A stretch of DNA of 51,229 nt from an uncultured Oscillospiraceae bacterium (GTDB lineage: Bacteria > Bacillota > Clostridia > Christensenellales > CAG-314). How positions within the stretch are numbered: the stretch's first letter is position 1; each line of letters starts with the position of its first letter. The notes beneath the pieces are model-generated. The model saw only the letters and a list, made by a program, of their open reading frames with translations. It was not told the origin of the DNA and made no database searches. Made by a program: the position numbers and the translations under genes. The DNA is taken from NCBI GenBank assembly GCA_964404625.1, contig CAYOKR010000002.1:1-51229 (forward strand), written 5' to 3'. Shown here piece after piece: positions 1-9,862 of this stretch.

Positions 1-70
1 CTCGGTCGGCTATGAGTTTTCTGTTGACTTCAGTAACCTCATGCGTCAGTCCTTACTTCGCAGCTTATCT

Positions 71-99
71 ATTCTACCACCAAACACAATAGGTGTCAA
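71..99 (-). promoter_or_regulatory. sigma-A promoter reading out of the left edge
   Basis: Minus strand TTGACA-17bp-TAGAAT with extended -10 TG. Confidence 0.7.
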
Positions 100-256
100 A
101 CATTTTTACACAACATTTTTGCCTTTAATAAAAATTTTATCAATTATTTTTTCATTTTTGAAATATATCAATTTTACACCACCATTTGGTCGCACATTAC
201 AATAAATAGCGAGAAAAACGGCTTTTGCAAACGCTTGTTGAAATACAATGCTAGTT

Positions 257-291
257 AAAAAGACTGCAACTAAAGAAGTTACAGTCTTTTT
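257..291 (-). terminator. Intrinsic terminator of the opp operon
   Basis: AAAAAGACTG..CAGTCTTTTT inverted repeat just past the DUF3899 stop. Confidence 0.8.
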
Positions 292-301
292 GTTAAATTA
301 A

Positions 302-790
302 CTAAGCAATATTCACATTGTTATATACAACAAGAAAAACAATACCCACAAGCAAATATACCAAACCTATCCACAAAATATATCTAAACTCTGCGCGATT
401 TTTTGCTTTAGCCTGCTTGTACTCGTACAAGTCTTTGTACTTAAGTTTGTTTGGATCTTTAAACATTATGCCAAAAGCTTGTCTAACTCCAAAGAATAAT
501 CCGTCGTAAGCACCTTTATTAGAGCAGAAGAGCAATCCTGCCACGCAACAACAAATAACGCCAGTGATACAAAAACTATCGCAAAGAATGTGAAATACCC
601 ACGCGGTAGCGTTAAGATCAACAGTATTGTTTGTTGCATCGTATTTTCCAAAAAGCCCCTTGCTAAACAGCACCACAACAAGCATTCCTATCGACACAGC
701 GATAGCAATCAAATATCTTTTTACGACAACGGATTTTGATGCCTTTTCATCAACAACCACACGCGAATCGTCCGAGGGAAGATTTGTCAT
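302..790 (-). CDS. DUF3899-type membrane protein (opp operon accessory)
   Basis: 162 aa, three hydrophobic helices, GAYDGLFFG motif, last gene of the opp cluster. Confidence 0.7.
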   Translation of the reverse strand: MTNLPSDDSRVVVDEKASKSVVVKRYLIAIAVSIGMLVVVLFSKGLFGKYDATNNTVDLNATAWVFHILCDSFCITGVICCCVAGLLFCSNKGAYDGLFFGVRQAFGIMFKDPNKLKYKDLYEYKQAKAKNRAEFRYILWIGLVYLLVGIVFLVVYNNVNIA

Positions 791-834
791 TATTACCTTC
801 TTTACGTCAGTTGTGCAAACAACAAAACGATAAA

Positions 835-2085
835 TTATTTTTTAAGTTCTTGTTGATACTTTTCGAATTCTACGTCGTTGCACATAACGAAGTGTCCGGG
901 CGCAACTTCTCTAAAACTGGGTGCTTGAGTTGTATAGTCATGCTCAGCAATAGGATTGTAAGTAATTCTCTTGCGTTGCTTTTCATAAATGGGATCCGGC
1001 AACGGAATAGCAGAAAGCAAACTTCTTGTGTACGGGTGCAACGGATGCGCAAATAATTCTTCGCTGGTTGCAAGTTCCACCATGTTACCAAAGTACATAA
1101 CACCGATACGATCAGAGAAGTACTTAACTACCGACAAGTCGTGAGCTATAAACAAAATAGTCAAGCCAAGTTGATCACGCAAATCGTTAAGAAGGTTAAT
1201 AACTTGCGCTTGAATAGAAACATCCAAAGCAGAAATAGGTTCGTCTGCGATGATGAGTTCCGGATCCATGATGATTGCACGCGCAACACCGATACGTTGA
1301 CGTTGACCACCGGAAAATTCGTGAGGATAACGATCGGCGTGCTCACGCACCAAGGAAACTTGTTCCAAAGCCTTATACACTTGTTCACGAATATAAGCCT
1401 TATCCTTTACACCTTTGATAATCAAACCTTCGGAAATAATTTCCGCAACAGTCATACGCGGATCGAGAGATGCAATAGGATCTTGGAAAATCATTTGGAT
1501 TTTATTGACAATACGATCCTTAGAAGCAACACGAATTTCTTCTTTCATCTTGCACTTTAAATCTTCAACTTCTTCGTCGGATGTTGCAGAAGAAATACAC
1601 GTATCATATCTTTCACGAATTTGCTTTACCTGTTCGGCAGCGTACATTTTATTGCAATACTTATGATCGCGCCTTGCTTCCTTGATAAGTTGACGTTGTT
1701 TTTCGATTTCTTCACGCAATTGTGCATTTACTTTAGCAATCTGCTCTGCACTATCAGGAGCGCCGGATGCCTTGATTTCGGCAATTTTTGCACTTGCATC
1801 TTTACGCGCCTTTTTGATTGCATCCTTGTAAGAACGCAAACCTGCGCCAATACGAACGCCCTTAAAGTAAATGTTACCGCTGGTTATATCATACAATCTA
1901 ATGATAGAACGACCGGTAGTTGTTTTTCCGCAACCGGATTCACCAACCAAACCGAAAACTTCGCCTTTGTAGATTTCGAAACTTACATTATTTACCGCCT
2001 TAAGTTCTCTACCCGGACCAAGACTAAAGTACTGGCAAAGGTTTTCAACTTTCAACAAAACATTGTCATTTTCAATTTTAGCCAT
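835..2085 (-). CDS. oppF: Oligopeptide ABC transporter ATP-binding protein OppF (with insertion)
   Basis: GESGCGKTT Walker A, QMIFQDP, FSGGQRQR, IIADEP, C-terminal HPYT; start set at the ATG after GGAGG. Confidence 0.92.
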   Translation of the reverse strand: MAKIENDNVLLKVENLCQYFSLGPGRELKAVNNVSFEIYKGEVFGLVGESGCGKTTTGRSIIRLYDITSGNIYFKGVRIGAGLRSYKDAIKKARKDASAKIAEIKASGAPDSAEQIAKVNAQLREEIEKQRQLIKEARRDHKYCNKMYAAEQVKQIRERYDTCISSATSDEEVEDLKCKMKEEIRVASKDRIVNKIQMIFQDPIASLDPRMTVAEIISEGLIIKGVKDKAYIREQVYKALEQVSLVREHADRYPHEFSGGQRQRIGVARAIIMDPELIIADEPISALDVSIQAQVINLLNDLRDQLGLTILFIAHDLSVVKYFSDRIGVMYFGNMVELATSEELFAHPLHPYTRSLLSAIPLPDPIYEKQRKRITYNPIAEHDYTTQAPSFREVAPGHFVMCNDVEFEKYQQELKK

Positions 2086-4237
2086 TGTTTGTACCTCCAC
2101 GTTTCTTCATGCGCTCGATACGATCTGTAACAATCTTTGGGGGATCGATATGAGGTGCATCGGGATGCAACAACCAAGTTGCCGCATAGTGACCTTCGGA
2201 AATCTCGAACAATGGTGGTTGCTCTTCGAAGTCTATCTCCAAAGCGTACTTGTTTCTTTCCGCAAAAGCATCGCCTTTGGGCGGATAAATCATGTTAGGC
2301 GGAGTACCGACGATACTTTCAAGCTTTTCGTTAGTATCAAGGTCGGGCATAGAAGACAACAACGCCCAAGTGTACGGATGACGAGGATCGTAGAAAATGT
2401 CGTAAGCCGAACCATACTCCACAATTTTGCCTGCATACATAACGGCAATTCTATCTGCCATGTTTGCAACAACGCCCAAATCGTGAGTAATGAATATAAC
2501 CGATAGGTTACGTTCTGCCTTAATACGGTTGATAAGTTCCAAAATTTGCGATTGAATGGTAACGTCCAATGCCGTCGTAGGTTCGTCACAAATCAAAATA
2601 TCGGGGTTTGCTGCAAGCGCAATAGCAATAACGATACGTTGACGCATACCACCGGAAAATTCGAACGGATATTGATTGTAACGAATTTCAGGTTCAGGAA
2701 TACCAACTTCTTCGAGAAGTTTAAGCGCTTTTGCCTTTGCCATCTTTTTGGTTACTTTATAAACAACTGCAGATGCTTGTTCTTTGAGATAATCAATCAA
2801 TGCAGTCATTTGTTCGGTACCATTAAAGCTCGGATCGTTTTCGATATCATTGCGGTAACTTGCACGCAAGTTGTGAATTACGGCACGAATGTTTTTACGA
2901 GCCAATTCCAAATCTACAAGAGCAGGAGGAACAACCTTCCATTCTATATTTTTGCCCTTCGCAATAAGCGCATCACGTTTTGCAGTTTGTTTGTCAAAAC
3001 GCGATTGTTCTTTAGGATTCTTTTTAACGCCGATAAAGTACTTATTCAACGCATCTTTAATGCTGGATGCGAAGGTGTGCTCTACGGAATTTTTTACCAC
3101 TTGCAAATGATCAATCGCATCGTTTACCGCTTTAATCATATCGTCTACAAGCGCATAAGTTACCTTTTTGTCAAGAGTTTCTTGACGGAAGAATTCCAAA
3201 AATTCATCCGTTTTTACGAGCAACGCTTTTTTCGCTTCAATGCTCTTGTTGTGACTGTAAACAATCGCTTTTGCACCATCTTCGATAAATGAAAGCATAA
3301 ACTCGTCGTCAAGATACTTACGAGTCATTGCAGTCAACTCTTCAATAGGCATATCGTCGACGTTTGCATTGGGATTTTTCATCATGTAGAATCCCAACGT
3401 AAAGTAGTTTGGCTTTTGGCGTTTGCTTGCCTTTTCCAAAATTGTAGAAAGTTCAGTCAACGCCTTTACACATTCGTCGGAAAACGCTTTAGTCTTAGGC
3501 AATTTAAGTTCGTTATTAAGTGTTGCAATAACGTTTTGCAACGCTTCGTCTGCAACAACAATATCAGGATGGTAGGTCGTCGGGATACGTTTAATAAATC
3601 CCTTTATAACCTTTTTAACTTCGATAGGTTGCTTTTTGGACTGCAAAAACAGTTGGTTATCTACGTCAAGTTGCAACTCTACCGTTGCACAATAAATTTC
3701 GTTGTACGCACTTTCCAATTTTGTACTGTTAATACAGAATTTATCAAATAATTGACATTCTTGCTTGTTATTTTCAATTTCCGCAGGGTTATCGGCATCA
3801 CCAATATCCATAAACTTGTTTAATAAATGCAATTTCGAGTTAAAGTTGCGACGAGCGTTGTGACGACCGGAACTACTCTTAAGCAACATCGCCTCCGTCA
3901 ACTGCGTACCCACCTTCATGATGGGGTTCAAACTGGACATAGGGTCCTGGAAAATCATAGCGATTTTATCGCCACGAATCTTGTGGAACTCTTCTTCGGG
4001 GATTTTAAGCAAGTCTTTGCCGTCGTAGATGATTTCGCCACCTTCGACGATTGCGTTACCAGCCAAAATACCGATAATTGCTCTGTTTGTTACCGATTTA
4101 CCGGAGCCGGATTCACCAACGATGGCAAGTGTTTCGCCCTTGTATAGGTCAAAACTGATATCGCGCACAGCCTGAACCTTACCATTAGACGTACGGAAAG
4201 ATATAATTAAATCTTTAACTTCAAGTTTCTTTTCCAT
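2078..4237 (-). CDS. oppD: Oligopeptide ABC transporter ATP-binding protein OppD (with large insertion)
   Basis: GESGSGKS, MIFQDPM, FSGGMRQR, LICDEPTTALD, HPYT. Confidence 0.92.
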   Translation of the reverse strand: MEKKLEVKDLIISFRTSNGKVQAVRDISFDLYKGETLAIVGESGSGKSVTNRAIIGILAGNAIVEGGEIIYDGKDLLKIPEEEFHKIRGDKIAMIFQDPMSSLNPIMKVGTQLTEAMLLKSSSGRHNARRNFNSKLHLLNKFMDIGDADNPAEIENNKQECQLFDKFCINSTKLESAYNEIYCATVELQLDVDNQLFLQSKKQPIEVKKVIKGFIKRIPTTYHPDIVVADEALQNVIATLNNELKLPKTKAFSDECVKALTELSTILEKASKRQKPNYFTLGFYMMKNPNANVDDMPIEELTAMTRKYLDDEFMLSFIEDGAKAIVYSHNKSIEAKKALLVKTDEFLEFFRQETLDKKVTYALVDDMIKAVNDAIDHLQVVKNSVEHTFASSIKDALNKYFIGVKKNPKEQSRFDKQTAKRDALIAKGKNIEWKVVPPALVDLELARKNIRAVIHNLRASYRNDIENDPSFNGTEQMTALIDYLKEQASAVVYKVTKKMAKAKALKLLEEVGIPEPEIRYNQYPFEFSGGMRQRIVIAIALAANPDILICDEPTTALDVTIQSQILELINRIKAERNLSVIFITHDLGVVANMADRIAVMYAGKIVEYGSAYDIFYDPRHPYTWALLSSMPDLDTNEKLESIVGTPPNMIYPPKGDAFAERNKYALEIDFEEQPPLFEISEGHYAATWLLHPDAPHIDPPKIVTDRIERMKKRGGTNNG

Positions 4238-4239
4238 AA

Positions 4240-5805
4240 TTATTCCTCCGTACCGCGAAGTGATGGGTTGAACGCATCACGCAAACCGTTACCAAACAAG
4301 TTGAAAGAGATTTCCAACAAAGCAATAAAGATTGCCGGGAAAAGCACAACGTGAGGAGCACTCGTCATAACCTTTTGTCCTGCGGAAAGCATACTACCAA
4401 CAGAAGATAACGTAGAGCTATCCAAATTAATTATGCCCAAGTAAGAAAGCGATGTTTCACTAAAGATAACTCCGGGGATTACCAAAATTGTACCAGTGAT
4501 AAGTGTTCCCAACGTATTGGGGAATATGTGTTTCCAAATGATACGACTGTCTTTTGAACCAAGCGTTCTAGCCGCCAAAACGTACTCTTGATTCTTGAAA
4601 CGATAAAACTGCATACGCACTCTGCTCGCCATACCAATCCACCCCGTCAATATAAATGCATAAATCAACGAGCCCACGACACCAACCTTGTGCGCCAAGT
4701 GCAATTGGAATAATACCGTTACAACAGTAAACGGAATGCCGCTCAAGATATCGGAAATTCTTTCCATGATCATGTCGGTAATACCACCGTAGTAACCTTC
4801 GATTGCTCCGTAAATTGTACCGATCGTCAAGTTGATTGCGGAAACGATAATTGCAAGCAAGAAACTAAATCGTGCACCACTTGCCAAGCGAGAAAAAATG
4901 TCGTAGCCATTACTATCTGATCCGAAAGCAAAAGACGGTTCATAGCCAAACTTATATTGGAAGTAGTTATAAGCGCCGACCCTTACCGAATAATTTTCGC
5001 TGCCTTCCGCACCGGTAACGGTAGCATAAGCCCAACCATTTTCACCATTGCTTGCAGGGTCATTAGCCAAACGAATGCTGTGATATCCATCATCGGCACC
5101 TTCTGCAAGAACAACGTAGTCAGGTTGAAGATTGCCCTGCGAATCCAATTCAGGATCGCCCTTTTGATTACACTTAAACCAATAACTTGGTTCTGTTTGG
5201 CTAAGAGTATTGGAGGAGTTTACAACAGGCAAAATTACTTGAATACCACTTTCATCTTGCCAAGCTTGGATTGCCTCATATTGCTCCTTTGTTAAAACTT
5301 TTGTAACAACACCCAAAGCATAGTATTGATCTATACGAACCTTGTAAACAGTCTTGCCGGCAAGCAACGCATCACTTGTCGCCGAACTTTCTGTCTTTTT
5401 TACTATAGGATCGTGTCCCGTTTCAATCGCAATACCTTGATAACGATAAAGCTGACGTTTAGTTAATTCCTTCGTCGTCGTACCGCCCCAAAATCCTGAT
5501 CCGGCGAAGATAGACAATCGCGGCGAAAGTTCTTTGTAATGAATTAGGTCTGTGTCCGTTTGATACGCATCAACATAGTTGGACCGTATCAAAAACGGAC
5601 CAACCAATGCGTAAACGACTAAAAGTAAAATGATTATTGCCGCTATCACCGAAGATTTGTTCTTACGGAAGCGATTGAAAGCATCTTGCAAATAACCAAC
5701 AGGCTTCGTATCAATTTTACTATCATGGGTTATATCTCGTCCTTTTGCAAGAGCAAATTTTTCAGCGGGTATGGATTTGTATTTTTCAAATTGATTATTA
5801 TTCAT
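4240..5805 (-). CDS. oppC: Oligopeptide ABC transporter permease OppC
   Basis: RFRKNK N-terminus, FGSDSNGYD, EYVLAARTLG EAA motif, GLRDAFNP. Confidence 0.92.
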   Translation of the reverse strand: MNNNQFEKYKSIPAEKFALAKGRDITHDSKIDTKPVGYLQDAFNRFRKNKSSVIAAIIILLLVVYALVGPFLIRSNYVDAYQTDTDLIHYKELSPRLSIFAGSGFWGGTTTKELTKRQLYRYQGIAIETGHDPIVKKTESSATSDALLAGKTVYKVRIDQYYALGVVTKVLTKEQYEAIQAWQDESGIQVILPVVNSSNTLSQTEPSYWFKCNQKGDPELDSQGNLQPDYVVLAEGADDGYHSIRLANDPASNGENGWAYATVTGAEGSENYSVRVGAYNYFQYKFGYEPSFAFGSDSNGYDIFSRLASGARFSFLLAIIVSAINLTIGTIYGAIEGYYGGITDMIMERISDILSGIPFTVVTVLFQLHLAHKVGVVGSLIYAFILTGWIGMASRVRMQFYRFKNQEYVLAARTLGSKDSRIIWKHIFPNTLGTLITGTILVIPGVIFSETSLSYLGIINLDSSTLSSVGSMLSAGQKVMTSAPHVVLFPAIFIALLEISFNLFGNGLRDAFNPSLRGTEE

Positions 5806-5807
5806 AA

Positions 5808-6884
5808 CTATCTTGCCCCCATTCTAATTCTCGGGTCAATAATACCATAGCTAATATCAACGATTATTCCGGCAGCCAACCCAATCAAAGTATAAAAGCC
5901 CGTTAATAGCATAAAGAAATTGTAGTCGGGATATGGTTTAGACTGAATAGAATTGATGTACAATTGCCCAACACCGGGAATAGAAAACATTTGCTCGATA
6001 ATAAGTGAACCGCTCATAATAGAAACAAATTCTCCTAAAATCATCGGGAAAATAACAACCATCGCATTTTTCAAAGCATGGCGTACCACCGCTTGCGTTT
6101 TAGACAGCCCCTTTGTGCGTGCCAACAACATAAATTCGCAAGTTAGCACCTCGGTAAGTTCCGCACGTGTATAACGAGCAAAACCGGCAATCGTACCGAA
6201 CGACAAAGACAGGATTGCAGGAATAGCCGAACTAATAAAAGTCCAACTCCAAGCTCCATTTGTAGCATCGGCTGTTGGAGACGTCCATCCAAGCTTAAAG
6301 TACAAAACATATTGCACTAAAAAAGCGTAAATAAACGACGGCACCGATACAAAAATCATAACACCGGTAGAAATAACGTAGTCTTGCCACTTGTTTTTCT
6401 TTAGAGCAGCAAAAATGCCAAGCGCCAAACCTATGGGTATAGATATCAATATCGCCCAGAGATTGGTAGATACAGTAAACGGCACTTTTTGCGCAAATAC
6501 TTCCCAGACGTCCGACCCGATATATAGCACCTCACTCGCGCCAAAATATCCTCGAATTATTCCGCCATAGCCTTTTTTAACATAGTCCACACCTTCCGGA
6601 ATTTTTGACTCGTCAAAAACCACCTTAACTTGCATTCCATCTGTAGAAGCTTGTTGATACTCGTAACCAGTTCTGCCAAAGAAATATATAAAATATTGTT
6701 CTTGCCATGGCTTACCGTACCCCAACATTTCACGACGCATTTGCATCAATTCTTCGTCTTTGCCGAATTTTGGTTCTTCGTCAAAAGGAAGCAACTTGAT
6801 AAAAAAGAAACACATCGTAAAAATGATCAAAAATGTTAGTAGCATCAAGCCTATTCTTTTCAGGATGTACTTGAATAGATACAT
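5808..6884 (-). CDS. oppB: Oligopeptide ABC transporter permease OppB
   Basis: KYILKRI N-terminus, ARTKGL..HALKNA EAA motif, DPRIR C-terminus. Confidence 0.92.
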   Translation of the reverse strand: MYLFKYILKRIGLMLLTFLIIFTMCFFFIKLLPFDEEPKFGKDEELMQMRREMLGYGKPWQEQYFIYFFGRTGYEYQQASTDGMQVKVVFDESKIPEGVDYVKKGYGGIIRGYFGASEVLYIGSDVWEVFAQKVPFTVSTNLWAILISIPIGLALGIFAALKKNKWQDYVISTGVMIFVSVPSFIYAFLVQYVLYFKLGWTSPTADATNGAWSWTFISSAIPAILSLSFGTIAGFARYTRAELTEVLTCEFMLLARTKGLSKTQAVVRHALKNAMVVIFPMILGEFVSIMSGSLIIEQMFSIPGVGQLYINSIQSKPYPDYNFFMLLTGFYTLIGLAAGIIVDISYGIIDPRIRMGAR

Positions 6885-6964
6885 AGCAAACTCCTTAAAT
6901 TTATTTTTTTCTTAAAAAGGACATTTTCAACAAAAAAATAAATTTTCTTCTTAATACACATAAT

Positions 6965-6994
6965 GCGTAGCATACGCTAAAGCGCATGCTACGC
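6965..6994 (-). other. Intercistronic stem-loop between oppA and oppB (probable mRNA stabiliser or partial terminator)
   Basis: GCGTAGCAT..ATGCTACGC inverted repeat with no U tract. Confidence 0.6.
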
Positions 6995-7036
6995 TTATGT
7001 CTTGTGTTAAATTAACACGTAATAACGGTTAAAGAC

Positions 7037-9862
7037 TTATTTGTAGTTCAAAACACCCTTTTGACTCTTTACATATTTAGCCCAATCGTAGTCGTCCATT
7101 GTGTAAGTGTAGTATTCAACACCACCTCGACCAAGACCAAGGATGTATTCTTCTGTCTTATAGTTAATTCTCATGCCCTTCAATGAAGCAGTGGAGTCTG
7201 TCATCAACGGAATGATATTACTCAAAGACAAAACTTTTTCTTCGCAGACGGCCAAGATCTTAACACGAGTAGAAGCGTCATCACTTGCACCGGCAGAAAT
7301 AGAAACGGTCTCGCCAGTAGGATTACCATCGGTTCCGATAACTTTTGCAGTAATCTTATCGCCTTGCAAACATTCGCTAACCCACGAATAAAGGCTTGCA
7401 CGTAGAGTTTTTCCACCGATTTCAATATCTAAATTGATTGTTGTCTTATCTGTAAATTTGTCATATTGCAAGCTACCTGTAAAGCAATCCATCATTGCAT
7501 ACGGATTAAACATAGATCCGCCGTAGCCAACACCGAACAGCAAATCTACGCTACCCTTACGCAGGTACTCACCGAAACTGGAAGAACCGAGTTCTTGGCT
7601 TTCTACAAAGGTCAAATGGCCTTCAAACTTAGAACCTTTTACTGCATTAATCCAATTGGTTTGGAGATATTGCGAACCTTTTATGTAGAAGTTTGCACTC
7701 TTAGAAGGCATACCTATCAAGATTTGAAGTTCCCAATTATCCTTTTCAGGATCGATACCTGCTTCTGTAAACAAGCCATCCGCTACAGCCTTATCGTATG
7801 CTTTGTTAAACAACGCTGTAGCACCTGTAGGATCGTAGCCAGTGATGGATGCAATGGCTTCGTCTCTTGTAGCGTACTTCTTACCTTCGCCCCATTGGTC
7901 CGCAAGTCCCCAGAAACTTAAGATTGCATCCTTTGCGTCGTTGGTTTCACGATAAGACGAACCACTATCGGGGTCAGCCACAATCATGCTTGACAACAAC
8001 GCCTTTGCAACGCCGGATGTCGGGGACAATACAAGGTTAAACTTCGCTCTATCGAGAGAGTAGCTTAATGCTTGACGGAATTCTTGAATATCCAAAATTG
8101 TTTTGATGACCTTATTACCTGTATTAACAGGGTCGGCACTAGCTTGAGCTTTAGCGAGATTGTCGTGATCCGGATTCATTGCCAAATACCAAGTAGATTC
8201 ACTATCTGTATAGTACAAGTAGTCACTATTGATATAGTCTTCCATATCTTCAGCACGCAATCCGTAGCTATCAAGTTCGCCCTTTAAGAACATTTCCAAA
8301 CGAGTAGCATCATCTTTAACAACGGTGTACACGATATCTGTTGTTTGATATTTACCTTCTGCGCCTTCTTCGGAATAACCATGCCAGTATTCGTTCTTTT
8401 CAAGTCTCATCGAATTATCACGCACATAACTTGTAAGTTTATAAGGACCGAAACCTACATACGTGTCAACAGATGTACCATAGCTATTAGTGTAAACTCC
8501 GCTTGATGTATCAATACAATCTTTGTATGTAGCCGGATGAACAAGGAAGAAGCTTGTGCAGAGTTCATAACGAAGATAGAAGTTCAATTCCATCGGGTTT
8601 TTAAGAACAATTACCAATTCGTATGGGCTTGCAGCGAAGAAGCCGACCTTTTCCCACGAATATGTTTCGTAATTCATACCCCAGAATGCCATTTCTTCCC
8701 ATTCTACGTATGCGTAGTTAATATCGCCGTCAACACCAACGAAGTTTTCATTAGCTTCGCATTTTTCAGCATATTCTTCTACATTACCACAGTCATGCAA
8801 TATAGCAACACAATCTTGCAAGTTTTTGAGCAATTCTGCAGTAAGTTTAACATAACCGTCTTTGTCAGCAGCTGCTTCCAACGGATCATAGCTTGGACTA
8901 ACGTATTTTACACTACATCCAGCCCATTCTTCTACAATATTACCATCTTTGTCAAGGTAAACATAAGCTGTACCTGCTTCGTTGACGTAACGTTGTTGAA
9001 GAAGGTTTCCTTCCAAATCGTAGAACAAGTAGTCGCCTGCAGTTTCGTCTTTCTCAAGAGATCTTGTCAAAATCCATTCGCCGGTTGTACTACTAAATAC
9101 CTTTGCTCTACCCGTCTCTTCGGCCATAACGCAACCTGTAGCAAGGTAACCAGAATTTGCATACTTAGCCAAACCGTAATCGCCCCAGTTACCACCGTCA
9201 TTAATGTTCAAAACGGCATCTTTGCCTTCGTATTGCAAAACACCGTTTGCGTCAGCGACGAAATCATCAGGATCTACATATTCTTCGCTACCATAATTTT
9301 CTGAAACGAATTCACTATAGTCGTATGAACCTTGTTTTACATAATTTTCGGCGCCCAAAATCTTAAGATCACCGGATTTATAAACGTTGTCTGCACGGAA
9401 GTTTTTAGCTTCAGGAGCAAGCAAAAGTTTCATTGAATCTTCGAAAGTTGTAGCGTCAATAGGATCGCCGTTATCGAACTTTAGCGTTTGTTTTAGAGCG
9501 ATTTTGTACGCTTTGTTTTCCGTCTCACTATAGCCGAAACGAGCAGCATACTCACTAGTAACATCAACAGGGTCGCTTGCAGCCATGCTTGGAACAATTG
9601 TGTAACCTGCGTTAGGATTGTTGATATCCTTATAGTCGAAGGTATACAATGCATCGGACGAGTAATCCAAAACGTATGTAGCACTGTTAGATTCATAGGT
9701 GTGGACATTCCATGCTGTAGGAAGGTCGCTTGGACCCATACGATAGGAATATTTGCCGATCAAAGATTTATCAATCTTGTTGCATGCAGCAAGAGTGCAA
9801 ACTGCCGACAATATCAACACCAACGAAAGAACAACAGACACTATTCTGCTTGTCTTTTTCAT
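7037..9862 (-). CDS. oppA: Oligopeptide ABC transporter substrate-binding lipoprotein OppA (941 aa)
   Basis: GGAGG RBS, signal peptide with LAAC lipobox, LKFDNGDPIDA, GPYKL, FRQALSYSLDR (SBP family 5). Confidence 0.9.
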   Translation of the reverse strand: MKKTSRIVSVVLSLVLILSAVCTLAACNKIDKSLIGKYSYRMGPSDLPTAWNVHTYESNSATYVLDYSSDALYTFDYKDINNPNAGYTIVPSMAASDPVDVTSEYAARFGYSETENKAYKIALKQTLKFDNGDPIDATTFEDSMKLLLAPEAKNFRADNVYKSGDLKILGAENYVKQGSYDYSEFVSENYGSEEYVDPDDFVADANGVLQYEGKDAVLNINDGGNWGDYGLAKYANSGYLATGCVMAEETGRAKVFSSTTGEWILTRSLEKDETAGDYLFYDLEGNLLQQRYVNEAGTAYVYLDKDGNIVEEWAGCSVKYVSPSYDPLEAAADKDGYVKLTAELLKNLQDCVAILHDCGNVEEYAEKCEANENFVGVDGDINYAYVEWEEMAFWGMNYETYSWEKVGFFAASPYELVIVLKNPMELNFYLRYELCTSFFLVHPATYKDCIDTSSGVYTNSYGTSVDTYVGFGPYKLTSYVRDNSMRLEKNEYWHGYSEEGAEGKYQTTDIVYTVVKDDATRLEMFLKGELDSYGLRAEDMEDYINSDYLYYTDSESTWYLAMNPDHDNLAKAQASADPVNTGNKVIKTILDIQEFRQALSYSLDRAKFNLVLSPTSGVAKALLSSMIVADPDSGSSYRETNDAKDAILSFWGLADQWGEGKKYATRDEAIASITGYDPTGATALFNKAYDKAVADGLFTEAGIDPEKDNWELQILIGMPSKSANFYIKGSQYLQTNWINAVKGSKFEGHLTFVESQELGSSSFGEYLRKGSVDLLFGVGYGGSMFNPYAMMDCFTGSLQYDKFTDKTTINLDIEIGGKTLRASLYSWVSECLQGDKITAKVIGTDGNPTGETVSISAGASDDASTRVKILAVCEEKVLSLSNIIPLMTDSTASLKGMRINYKTEEYILGLGRGGVEYYTYTMDDYDWAKYVKSQKGVLNYK

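Noticed and set aside
1-60. ZTP (pfl) riboswitch call
   Set aside because: No P1 3' strand, and GCCGACCG is followed by AG rather than the YCUGGGC needed
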